Source: Octopus bimaculoides
Taxonomy: Eukaryota
NCBI RefSeq assembly: GCF_001194135.2
Contig: NC_068990.1
Location: forward strand, 41,225,223-41,270,740
Length of the DNA: 45,518 nt
Direction of reading: 5' to 3'
Shown here piece after piece: positions 34,293 through 45,518 of this stretch (the first letter of the stretch is position 1; each line of letters starts with the position of its first letter). The notes beneath the pieces are model-generated. The model saw nothing but the letters and a program-made list of their open reading frames with translations. It did no database searches and had not been told where the DNA came from. The translations under genes and the position numbers were made by a program.

Positions 34293-34670
34293 GTGTGTGT
34301 GTGTGTATGTGTGTGTATGTGTGTGTGAGAGAGAGAGTGAGTGAAAAAGAGAGAGAGAGAGATGGAATGGTTGAGGAGATTACAGCCAGCAGGAATTAAG
34401 GTCAACATTACATCTTTACAGCAGTGGATTGGAAACAAGAGTGATACAGTGTTGGTTGGAATATTGGATAGCGATGTTGTTTAGGTGGTAGTGTTGTTGG
34501 AGCTGATGGCGGTAGTGTACGAGTAAAGATAGTGGTGAAGATAGCGTACTAATAGTGATAGTCTTAGAAGGGTATCGGTGGTGGTGAGGTAAAATAGCTT
34601 CTTGTTTCTGGTTGTGGTATTGGAAGTACGTTGGCTGTGATTGTATGTAGCGTTCTAATAATGGTAGTAG

Positions 34671-34955
34671 TGAATGCAAGCATGGCTCATTGGTTAACAA
34701 GTTCACTTGGACACTTTTCAGGTTTCAGTTTTAACCACACTGCTTAGAATCTTGACTAAATGCCTTTTATCATAGCCTCGGGCCGCACTTCGTCTTGCGA
34801 ACGCAATAATTCTGATGAAAACTGTATAGAAGCCCAGTGTTAAGAAATGTATCTTTAATTTAAAAGTCCAGCCTTGTCATGTACACTATGTCACACTGAT
34901 TACCTCCACAGAATCAAATTAAAGATGCACATATGTATAGAATACTCAGCTATTT
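34671..34955 (+). mobile_element. Old SINE with a family A-like head/body and a family C-like tail
   Basis: catggctcattggttaa...atagcctcgggccg...gaaaactgtatagaagccc, then aaagtccagccttgtcatgtacactatgtcacactga. Confidence 0.55.
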
Positions 34956-35134
34956 ATACTATAATTCAATGAAGTGATAGTAGTAGTAGTAGTTCTTGTG
35001 TTGTTGTTTAACCGAAGTTGTCCTGGTCGAACTGAGTTCCAAATATGACTATCCCGTTAGTTATTCAGGTAGTCTATGCATATATACATGCACTCATACA
35101 TACGTACTGTGCTAAGGCATCAGATGTCAAAATG

Positions 35135-35247
35135 ATCGCAGAGCAACGTGAAATAAAGCTATTTGCTCAAGAACAAAACGCACCATCCGACCTGGGAATC
35201 GAAACCACAATCTCGTAACTGTGAGTGCAATATATTGACCACTAGGC
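35135..35247 (-). mobile_element. CORE-like SINE head (family C2)
   Basis: Minus strand ggcctagtggtcaa...gtttcgattcccagg...ttcttgagcaaatagctttatttcacgttgctc. Confidence 0.7.
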
Positions 35248-35291
35248 CTCTCTCTCTTTCTCTCTCTCTGTCTCCCTCTATATCAATCTCT

Positions 35292-35340
<49 letters not shown>

Positions 35341-36629
35341 TGTCTGTGAGTAAAACAAGTTATAAACAATGGTTATTACATATTATTCCTTTATTAAAAC
35401 AAATTTGGTTTACAGATGTTTTCATTATTCATTATAGGTATATTACTGATAGATTTATTCAATCGGTCTATTGATCAGTCGAGAAAAATGGGACGTTCTA
35501 AAAGAAAGCTTAATGCTACTTTTATCAGAGCCATTACTGATTATAACCATTATTCATAACTTGTCTTATATATCACTCTGTGTAAAAACCAATTTGTCTG
35601 GAGCCCATCCATGGATTTGCAATATAGAATTGTGATGAACCATAACCTTGGACCTTGCCATAAGAACACTTGGAGTCCTTCACTAATCTAAACAATATTG
35701 TTAGTCTGGTGTGCCAACAGAGAGCTTATGAAGTACTTTGCCCAGATTGATAATCTCTCACTATTAGTTATATATATATATATNNNNNNNNNNNNNNNNN
35801 NNNNNNNNNNNNNNNNNNNNNNNNNNNNNNNNNNNNNNNNNNNNNNNNNNNNNNNNNNNNNNNNNNNNNNNNNNNNNNNNNNNNNNNNNNNNNNNNNNNN
35901 NNNNNNNNNNNNNNNNNNNNNNNNNNNNNNNNNNNNNNNNNNNNNNNNNNNNNNNNNNNNNNNNNNNNNNNNNNNNNNNNNNNNNNNNNNNNNNNNNNNN
36001 NNNNNNNNNNNNNNNNNNNNNNNNNNNNNNNNNNNNNNNNNNNNNNNNNNNNNNNNNNNNNNNNNNNNNNNNNNNNNNNNNNNNNNNNNNNNNNNNNNNN
36101 NNNNNNNNNNNNNNNNNNNNNNNNNNNNNNNNNNNNNNNNNNNNNNNNNNNNNNNNNNNNNNNNNNNNNNNNNNNNNNNNNNNNNNNNNNNNNNNNNNNN
36201 NNNNNNNNNNNNNNNNNNNNNNNNNNNNNNNNNNNNNNNNNNNNNNNNNNNNNNNNNNNNNNNNNNNNNNNNNNNNNNNNNNNNNNNNNNNNNNNNNNNN
36301 NNNNNNNNNNNNNNNNNNNNNNNNNNNNNNNNNNNNNNNNNNNNNNNNNNNNNNNNNNNNNNNNNNNNNNNNNNNNNNNNNNNNNNNNNNNNNNNNNNNN
36401 NNNNNNNNNNNNNNNNNNNNNNNNNNNNNNNNNNNNNNNNNNNNNNNNNNNGAAAAAAAGAAGAAGTAAATGGCAAGACAATATCCTAAGGAGTGGTTAG
36501 AGAAAATTTAAGGTAAGGGAATTAAGGTCAAGGTATTAAAGAAATATATCTATTCTACAGTATATTTAGAATAATACAACGAAACACTAAGGTACTAAGA
36601 AGCACCCACTAAGAAAAAACCCGCACCAA

Positions 36630-37650
36630 AGGAAACTGAAGGATTTTATCAAATCTATACAAAGCAAACCAGGTATTTTGGTCCCGGCGGATAAAACCGG
36701 AAATTTATATAGAATGGATTATACTACCTACAAAAAAAAATAATTATGAAGGAACTTAACAGCAAATATAAAATAACTTCAAGAAAAACATTATCAGACA
36801 TCAATTTAAAAATCAAGAAAATTATGACAGAATATAATCTAACTGATAGAACTGAACCTCTTGCACCCTGTGAACCTAAAATTAATTTAAAAGACCATAA
36901 GAAAAACTTTCAAGAAAACCCTACTGTTAGACTATTTTGCCCAACTAAATCTGATATTGGAAGACTAAGTAAGCTTATTCTAGATAACATTATACCGTTC
37001 ATTATTCCTAACCTTACTCTAAAATTATGGATTAATACAGATGAAGCACTTAATTGGTTTAAAACTCTATTGACAATAATAATAATTTTTCCTTCATCCA
37101 ATTTGATATCAACAATTACTATTCTAGCATTTCTCCTATACTCCTTAACAAAGCTCTCATCTTTGCTAAAAATAGATCCCTAATTACTAGAGAAAAAATT
37201 GACATAATTCTTTTAGCTAGAAAAACCATCATCGAATTTGAAGATAAACTCTAGACCAGATCTGACACCTCTGATAACTTTGATATCCCAATGGGATCGA
37301 GTGATTCGGCTGAAATAACAAATTTGGTTGGAGCATATCTTTTATATTGCCTAAATAGGGAAATTCCTGAACTCCAAGGGGGTCTTTACAGGAATGATGC
37401 GTTATTTATCATTCTCACCAACAATAAGCCAACCATAGAGAGAATGAGAAAGAATATTAGAAAATTCTTTAAAAGCTTTAACCTTAGCATTACTTTTGAA
37501 TATGGTACTAAAATCGTTAACTTTCTTGATACCACTCTTAATATTAGCTCTAAATTACACTATCCCTATAGAAAGGAAAATGAAGTCACTATGTGTGTAA
37601 ATAGATCATCTAATCACCCCACAAATATTTTAAAATCTATTGTAAAAAAC
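36630..37650 (+). pseudogene. Penelope-like element reverse transcriptase, decayed; no GIY-YIG endonuclease seen
   Basis: ILVPADKTGNLYRMD; KDHKKNFQENPTVRLFCPTKSDIGRLSKLILD (ORF 36746-37183); LWINTDEALNWF; MGSSDSAEITNLVGAYLL; GLYRNDAL (cf. GLYRDDGL); IVNFLDTTLN; YRKEN...SSNHP (ORF 37291-37698). Frameshifts and stops lie between the ORFs. Confidence 0.9.
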
Positions 37651-37779
37651 ACGACCACCACTCTATATGACTTGCTATGGGAGAGAGACGAACATTAAGA
37701 TCAACATATACAAGTGCATTTGTTTACATAAATATATACGCGCGTGCATACACGTAAACCTTCACAGATATAATAAACA

Positions 37780-37835
<56 letters not shown>

Positions 37836-39091
37836 CTCACACACATATATACACACACAGGCATACACACACACTCACATACATCTAAACACTACGCAAA
37901 GACATACTTCTTTAATCTGCATAAACGTACAAAATATAACATAAAACAGCTCATATTGCTTCTACATACTTCTTCATGTACAATCCATGAACACATTCAC
38001 AAATGAACATAAAAACATTTAAGCAAACAAATTAGAGAATTCTACATAAACTCTCATCTTTGCGCACAAATTCATGCATATAACACTTCAGACACACATA
38101 AACACGCGCGCGCACGCACTCGCACACACACATACACACACACACATGCATCTCTTTCTCATTATATATACACTATATATATATATATATATAAGATTGA
38201 CCAGTGACCGGTCTGTCAATCTTATATACTTAAGTACTATAATCTTTTTAGGATCTCCAAAAATTCTTTGAAGAACCTTCTGATTCTTTTAATGTGCTAG
38301 TTTCCTGGTATTAAATTGATATTAATTAATATCGAATTTTTACCATATTATATTAATTATATATATATATATATNNNNNNNNNNNNNNNNNNNNNNNNNN
38401 NNNNNNNNTATATATAAATAAATATATATATATATGTGTGTGTGTGTGTGTATATATATATATACATACACACATAACCACACACAACCACGGACATACA
38501 CGTACACACACTTACACACACACACACGCACATACACACGCACACGCACATACACACGCACACGCACATTCACACACACGTACTCTCTCCCTCTCTCTCT
38601 CACACACACATACACTCACATACACTCACATACATAAATACCCAACTCCATTAATGCACCTTCCCCCTACCACGTATTATTATCAGCCTGTCAATTTCCT
38701 GATGAATCAATAACATTAATAGTACATCAGTACTAAGAGACCGACGTAAACACATTAGTGTAGCCTCTAAGTAGTCCGCTAGAAATAACAGCTAGTTTCT
38801 CTCTCATTACATCCCGTCAACATGAAAATGGCACATTAGATAATGTGGGCCCGAGTTACCAGAAGGGAAAGAGCCGGGTAGTCACATTTAGAATACCTTT
38901 GATATTAGGTCTGCTGAATTAGTACAATGTGCTCGCGTGATTGTGTGTGCGTGCACGCTCCTATGTGTATGCGTATGTCTGTTTGTGTGGACCTAAGCCG
39001 CTCTATCACTCTCCCCTACTCTCTCACTGTCTCTCTGTGTCTCTCTTGAGAGATGTCATATATATGTACATATATGCGTTTGCGTATGTGC

Positions 39092-39136
<45 letters not shown>

Positions 39137-39395
39137 NNNNNNNNNNNNNNNNNNNNNNNNNNNNNNNNNNNNNNNNNNNNNNNNNNNNNNNNNNNNNNNN
39201 NNNNNNNNNNNNNNNNNNNNNNNNNNNNNNNNNNNNNNNNNNNNNNNNNNNNNNNNNNNNNNNNNNNNNNNNNNNNNNNNNNNNNNNNNNNNNNNNNNNC
39301 CTTCATCAGCTGTCTCTATTCTATCTAGACGTTTCGAAGATAAGACAGCTCTTAACGTACTCTAGAATAGTCTCTTCCTGAGTAGTGGATCAACC

Positions 39396-39443
<48 letters not shown>

Positions 39444-39511
39444 GCACGCGCACACACAGACACACACACATATATATACATACACACGCCCATATGTATA
39501 TGTATCTTTGT

Positions 39512-39700
39512 GTATCTTCATCACCACTTGACAACCGGTGTTGTTTTGTCTTTATCCACGTTAACCAGCGGTTAGGCAAAAAGGGACTGATAGAATAAAT
39601 CTCAGGCTTGGAAATAAATAGTAGGGGTCGATTTGTTCGTGATAACTCTTCAAGGTGGTGCCCCAGAATAACGGCAGTCCAATGACAACAAAAGATGAAA
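39512..39700 (+). mobile_element. SINE family A, 3' half
   Basis: cacttgacaaccggtg...gatagaataaa...ggggtcgatttgttcg...caaggtggtgccccag. Confidence 0.82.
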
Positions 39701-39903
39701 GATATCATAACTAGGGTGTTCGTGATTGATTTAAAACTTGAGAATTCGATAAAGTAAGGTGTGTCGACATTCACACAAAGCAACAATGATCTCTGGCGTG
39801 AGTTAGTGACAGTTGTGCGGTAGTTTCTGGTAGCAGGATGATGTAATTGCCTGTGTCTTCGTGTAGCTATTGAGTGTAGTAATCTGCTGTTTAGATGACA
39901 CAT

Positions 39904-40313
39904 ACTCTTTTACTTGTTTCAGTCTTTTGACTGTGGCCATGCTGGAGCACCGCCTTTAGTCGAGCAAATCGACCCCAGGACTTATTCTTTAGAAGCCTAG
40001 TACTTATTCTATCGGTCTCTCTTTTGCCGAACCGCTAAGTTACGGGGGACATAAACACACCAGCATCGGTTGTCAAGCGATGTTGGTGGAATAGACACAC
40101 ACATACAAACATATACACACACATACATATATATATATATATACATATATACGACGGGCTTCTTTCAGTTTCCGTCTACCAAATCCACTCACAAGGCTTT
40201 GGTCGGCCCGAGGCTATAGTAGAAGACACTTGCCCAAGATGCCACGCAGTGGGACTGAACCCGGGATTATGTGGTTGGTAAGCTAGCTACTTACCACACA
40301 GCCACTCCTACGC
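39904..40313 (-). mobile_element. SINE family A, full length and young
   Basis: tRNA-like head (TGGCTGTGTGG A box, GGTTCAGTCCC B-box-like), body, internal (TA/TG)n, 3' half and a gactgaaacaagtaaaagag tail. Confidence 0.95.
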
Positions 40314-40465
40314 GTTAGTAATTTTTCTTTTAACAAATTACAGATCCATTCAAATATTATTAAAGTATTTTGCTCTTCATAACTCACCTTTTTAGTAAGA
40401 AAAGAAAAACAGTTTGCATCCATGCAATGAAAAATACCAAGTCTATCCAAATATTAGTTTCAAAT

Positions 40466-40670
40466 TTTTCGCACAAGGCTAGCAATTTCAGGTGAGAGAG
40501 TAAGTCGATTACGTCGACCCTAGTGCTTAACAGGTACTTATTTCATCGACCCCGAAAGGATAAAAGACGGAGTCGACCTGGGAGGAATTTGAACTCAGAA
40601 CATAAAAACGGACGAAATGCCGCTAAGCATTTACTCAGCGTACAGAAAATTCTACCCGCTAGCCATCTTA
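40466..40670 (-). mobile_element. SINE family B
   Basis: gcacaaggctagcaatttc...tcgaccccgaaaggataaaagacggagtcgacctgggaggaatttgaactcagaac. Confidence 0.88.
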
Positions 40671-40809
40671 GTCTATTCAAATATTATTAAAATACTTTGA
40701 TCCCATCACTCTTTATTTTAAAAAGAAAGCAAAATGAGTTCTTATACATTTTGTTTCTTCGCCTTGGTGATTTTTGGACAAGTTTGAAAAGGTTAAGACC
40801 ATGTATATA

Positions 40810-41225
40810 GGCGTAGGAGTGGCTGTGTGGTAAGTAGCTTGCTTGCCAACCACATGGTCCCGGGTTCAGTCCCACTGCGTGGCATCTTAGGCAAGTGTCT
40901 TCTACTATAGCCTCGGGCCGACCAAAGCCTTGTGAGTGGATTTGGTAGACTGAAACTGAAAGGAGCCCGTCGTATATATGTATATATATATATATATATG
41001 TATGTGCGTATGTGTTTGTGTGTCTGTGTTTCTCCCCCCAACATCGCTTGACAACCAATGCTGGTGTGTTTATGTCCCCGTAACTTAGCGTTTCGGCAAA
41101 AAGAGATCGATAGAATAAGTACTAGGCTTCTAAAGAATAAGTCCTGGGGTCGATTTGCTCAACTAAAGGCGGTGATCCAGCATGGCCACAGTCAAAAGAC
41201 TGAAACAAGTAAAAGAGTAAAAGAG
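40810..41225 (+). mobile_element. SINE family A, full length and young
   Basis: ggcgtaggagtggctgtgtggtaag ... aaaagagtaaaagag; a near-identical inverted partner of 39904-40313. Confidence 0.95.
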
Positions 41226-41894
41226 TATCTTAACTCTATGGCAGTCTGCTCTCTTTTGAATCTTCCCAGGTAACATAAGGAAATCTGAGTTAGGTTAAAC
41301 ACTTAAGAGTAAGGCTAATCAGAATAAAACCATCTCAAAAATTCGATTTGAGGACTTCATAAAAGTCTTTGTAATCAAAGAGAGGAAGAAAGAATGCCTT
41401 TTTTAATTTATAAGTATACATCAATAAGCATTATTTTGTATCGTAACTTAAGGTTAGACACTAATAGAATAAAAAATGTTTATTTTTATTGCAATAATAT
41501 TTCTTCATTAAAATTTTTGTTTTTCAAAAAATGATCACTCATATTGATTTTTGGTGAGAGTATCGTTTTCAATATTTTTTTTATATAATTAGTATTTTCT
41601 CTTTTTTAACAGCTTTAACAAAAATGAATTTAAAAAGTGTTAAAAATCTGCTTTTTTTGTTCTGTTGCCCTATTTATAATTGGTTTGTATTGATGTTATT
41701 TACTGTTAAATGTATGAATTTAAAAAGGCCCAGAAGAGCGTTTGGCCTATTGCAATACCCAGCTAAAGAACTGAATTTTTAATCTATTATATTCAACTCT
41801 TATACGTTGGTGTCTGATCAATTAGACAATGGACGGGGCGAGGAAGACACCATTTTTAGAGTAGCTTTAACAGCGTCAGCCGACCTTAATCAGT

Positions 41895-41958
41895 GACTCT
41901 GAACTCGGAATCATGTGGTTGGGGTGCAAACTTCTTACCACACAGCCACACCTGCGCC
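41895..41958 (-). mobile_element. SINE family A, head only
   Basis: gaactcggaatcatgtggttggg...cttaccacacagccacacctgcgcc. Confidence 0.8.
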
Positions 41959-42258
41959 TGTAATCAGGCGCTGGTGTAAGATATACTCTTCATAAATCAT
42001 CAATATACATAGAAGTAAGTCACGTTATCAAAATTAAAGAAAATGGTTACAGAACAAGTTTCATCCTTATATTAACCCAATATTCGGCAGCTCCACACAG
42101 AGAGGATATTAACAGTTTTTATTTCTTTTTTTTTTTTCCTTCGTTTTTTTTATAGTATACATGTTCTCGGACAGAGCTAAACTGGCCTATCTGAACGAAA
42201 CCCGTATAACATGAAATTAAAAATATATCAAATTCTCCAGTCTTCTATACACACATAT

Positions 42259-42331
<73 letters not shown>

Positions 42332-42465
42332 CATATANNNNNNNNNNNNNNNNNNNNNNNNNNNNNNNNNNNNNNNNNNNNNNNNNNNNNNNNNNNNNNN
42401 NNNNNNNNNNNNNNNNNNNNNNNNNNNNNNNNNNNNNNNNNNNNNNNNNNNNNNNNNNNNNNNNN

Positions 42466-42531
<66 letters not shown>

Positions 42532-42596
42532 ACACCCCGCCACACACACACAAACACACATATGTATATATTGGCTTTACAGGATATGCTCTAATC

Positions 42597-42783
42597 CAGT
42601 GCTCCGCAACAGGTATGCTGCGTCACAATGGTGTGCCATGAGACGATGCTAGGTGTGCTGCAGTGTTACCTGAATATAATTTTTCCTTTATACTTTTACA
42701 TATAGTTTTAGTACAGGTGTGCGGCTGAATTTTGAAAAGAATATAAGTGTACTACGAGAAAAAAAAAAGGTTGCGGAGCACTG
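42597..42783. mobile_element. hAT-type MITE, 187 bp
   Basis: Perfect 14-bp TIRs CAGTGCTCCGCAAC and GTTGCGGAGCACTG. The 8-bp flanks CTCTAATC and CTCAAAAC match at 6/8 (degenerate TSD). Confidence 0.9.
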
Positions 42784-44220
42784 CTCAAAACTACTTAATC
42801 AAGATATTAATACTTTACACGTGCTAACAACTGTTACTACAGTTTTCTTTCACGAGATATATAACTTACATCACTAGATTTTGTAGATTGAATAACCCAA
42901 CATATTACTGGTACTATTTCGATTTAATCAAGACCGGATGATAAATAAAATGTGAAGATGGATCCTTGTAATATTTGATATTGACAGGTAATATGGCCAA
43001 ACAGACACACCGTAACTCATCAGAACGTTTTCCATATGATAAGTGCATTATAATATTAGTGGCTCCTTCATCCCACGGTTACCTTATCCAACAACTCAGT
43101 AAGAAACTACAAAACTGTTGTGTCGACGCTCCCAGGCGAAGAAGTAGGATCTTCCAAGACATATAAATAGTGTTAGTCTGGCCGTGGTAGGTGTGTTGAG
43201 TAGCGGTCTAGTAGCTGTTGAGTAGCAGTTGTGTTGCGGTTGAGTAGAGATCAACCGAAGGTGCTAGATAGCAGTAGCTTGCGATATAACAGTGGCGACG
43301 AGGATTTCGTAGCTCACACAGCCACTGTGTAGTATTGAGACATAACAAAACCCAATGATATCTGCATCCCGATTTCGTTTTATCCAGCAGTAATTGAGGA
43401 TTTATGAACTGTCGGAGCTCGCTCTATGTTATAGAATATGGCTAGTTTAGGACCTGGGATAGCGACTTAATATCTTCAGTTAGGACTGTCATCGCGTTAT
43501 TGATCTATTCATGTAAAAATTTAAATAACTGGTGTTCTCTGAAGTGAAACTATTGTAAAATAGCGTTTCACAGAGGTCCTCTGATGTCAACGACTACTGC
43601 AATCTTTTTTTTTTTTTTAACTGAGGTCCTCTGAAGTCAAAGACTCTTGTAAAATAGTGTATTTATTTGATAGTTATCTGATGATATCTTCGACAATTTA
43701 TATCCATAAAATATGATAAACAGGCTTTTTTTTTATTTAATTTTTTTTTTTTTCACCAATGAAGATAAAGATATCAGAGTTTCAGTGATCTGAACTTTAT
43801 CGATCTTACACATTATTTCTACGATAAACCGTTCAACANNNNNNNNNNNNNNNNNNNNNNNNNNNNNNNNNNNNNNNNNNNNNNNNNNNNNNNNNNNNNN
43901 NNNNNNNNNNNNNNNNNNNNNNNNNNNNNNNNNNNNNNNNNNNNNNNNNNNNNNNNNNNNTTTCTTTGTCTCTCTTTCTCTCCCTCTCTACGTATCTTAC
44001 TATTTAACAATAATGTACATTCATCCCCTATGTACGTGTGTGTGTGTGCATATTTATATTTATATATGTGTGAGTGTGTGTGTGTGTGTAAGTGTGTGTG
44101 TGTGTGTGTGAGTGTATGTTTATGCTATATGTATATGTATACGTGTATATCTATCTAGCTATCTGTTTGTCTCTGTCTCTGTCTGTCTCTCTCTGTATAT
44201 TTATATATGTGTGTGTGTGA

Positions 44221-44267
<47 letters not shown>

Positions 44268-44271
<4 letters not shown>

Positions 44272-44373
44272 TTCTACTATAGCCTCGGGCAGACCAAAGC
44301 CTTGTGAGCGAATTTGATAGACGGAAACTAAGAGAAGCCCGTCGTATGTTTGTGTGTGTGTGTNNNNNNNNNN

Positions 44374-44409
<36 letters not shown>

Positions 44410-44607
44410 TCGCCCCACCATCTGACAACCGATATTTGTGTGTTTACCTCGCCGTAACCTAACGGTTCAGAAAAAGTGAGTGATTGAATAAGTACTAGGC
44501 CTACAAAGAATAAATCGATTGTTTCGACAAAAAGACCCTTTTAAGGTGGTGGTGCTCCAGCACGGCTGCAGTCAAATGACTGAAACAAGTAAAAGAATAA
44601 AAGAATA
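44268..44607 (+). mobile_element. SINE family A lacking the tRNA head
   Basis: gtcttctactatagcctcgggcagaccaaagcc ... gtcaaatgactgaaacaagtaaaagaataaaag. Confidence 0.9.
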
Positions 44608-44808
44608 AATATATATATACATATAATTATTTATGTGCATATGTATGTGTAGGATATGTTCTCTATGTGGCCTGCTTGTTTTTTGTACCGTGTTTATCAT
44701 TTTGTCCATGTTCTTTTGCCACGTCATGTACCCAGCTATGTATCTATATGTACATGTAGATGAAGGTACGTAAATACATGTACATATATATGCATATACT
44801 CACATATT

Positions 44809-44846
<38 letters not shown>

Positions 44847-45518
44847 GTGGGAGGGGTGCGTGTGTTTGAGAAAGTGAGAGAGTGAGTGCATTCTGTGCAA
44901 GATCTATAATAATAAACTGCAAAAAAATACTTCAGTCACTTATAACTCTACATTTTTTTTACAGCTTCGCCGTCATACATTTTAGAATCTTATCTTTATA
45001 CACGCAGTTTACTCTATACACGCAATTTCTACACTCACTATTTTTCAGTTTCTTCTACTTGTTTATCACTCCCATTGTATACATATACATACACAAATAT
45101 ATATATATACACACACACACACATATATATATATATATGTACATACACAAAAACATACACCCATATATATATGTATGTGCATATGTGTGTGTGTGATTGT
45201 GTATTTCTACACACACGTTTATATATATAGGGAAGATTTCTCCCTACCGATTCAGTATTTACCATTATGTTTCGCTTATTTTAATGAATGAGATGATCCA
45301 TTAGTCTTTTTCAATACCCGTTGTTATAGTATTTAGATATGAATATTTTGCACATGCTCTATTCTTAAATATAAGGATTCTGTTTTTCAATTAATCTCAA
45401 TCGCCCGAAAACTGGAACCGTGGTACTCGGTGTAACGATTTTTAGCATTCAGATTTTTAGTATTATGGTTACATACATGTTTATACATATATATGTATAT
45501 ATATATATATATATATAT

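Larger units (their letters stand above)
1279..44373. other. 19 assembly gaps (N runs) totalling about 6.9 kb
   Basis: N runs at 1279-1487, 5731-6587, 7564-8300, 9312-10305, 14330-14594, 16357-17320, 19075-19084, 20580-20589, 23318-24041, 26022-26031, 30178-30310, 31681-31787, 32876-33648, 35784-36451, 38375-38408, 39137-39299, 42338-42465, 43839-43960 and 44364-44373. Most abut dinucleotide repeats. Confidence 0.99.

Noticed and set aside
414-45265. Dozens of ORFs rich in YI/HT/VC/CV/ER repeats or X runs
   Set aside because: They are translations of dinucleotide/tetranucleotide microsatellites or read-through of N gaps, with no protein-like complexity.
1-45518. CRISPR array, rRNA, snRNA or prokaryotic/viral insert
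   Set aside because: There is no regularly spaced repeat-spacer array, no conserved rRNA/snRNA motifs and no gene-dense or GC-shifted segment.

Overview
Eukaryotic, AT-rich, repeat-dominated DNA with 19 assembly gaps (about 6.9 kb of N), most flanked by (TA)n/(CA)n. The SINE families and microsatellite density look like an octopod cephalopod (Octopus-like) genome; this is inferred from remembered repeat families, not from a search. No intact protein-coding gene, RNA gene or CRISPR array is supported, and almost all ORFs in the supplied track are microsatellite or N-run artefacts. Real coding remnants are all decayed transposons: (1) R4/Dong-like REL-endonuclease LINEs at 1.6-3.5 kb, 22.3-22.5 kb and 29.2-29.9 kb; (2) a Tc1 transposase C-terminus at 6.9-7.2 kb; (3) an L1/Tx1 RT fragment cut by an internally deleted mariner at 24.5-25.9 kb; (4) a Penelope-like RT at 36.6-37.7 kb. 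There are also two MITEs and more than 25 SINE copies or fragments from at least four tRNA-derived families. Best leads: a minimal Penelope-type hammerhead ribozyme motif with a non-canonical core (30423-30459, minus strand); (TAA)n nests shared by Dong-like LINEs and a SINE in consistently opposite orientation; an RT-less Dong element; a young head-to-head SINE pair (possible dsRNA/ADAR substrate); a 335-bp dispersed duplication; and a few phase-compatible candidate small exons plus a promoter-like motif cluster near 26.7-27.0 kb. I see no strong evidence of a wholly new system; the leads are moderate or low confidence.
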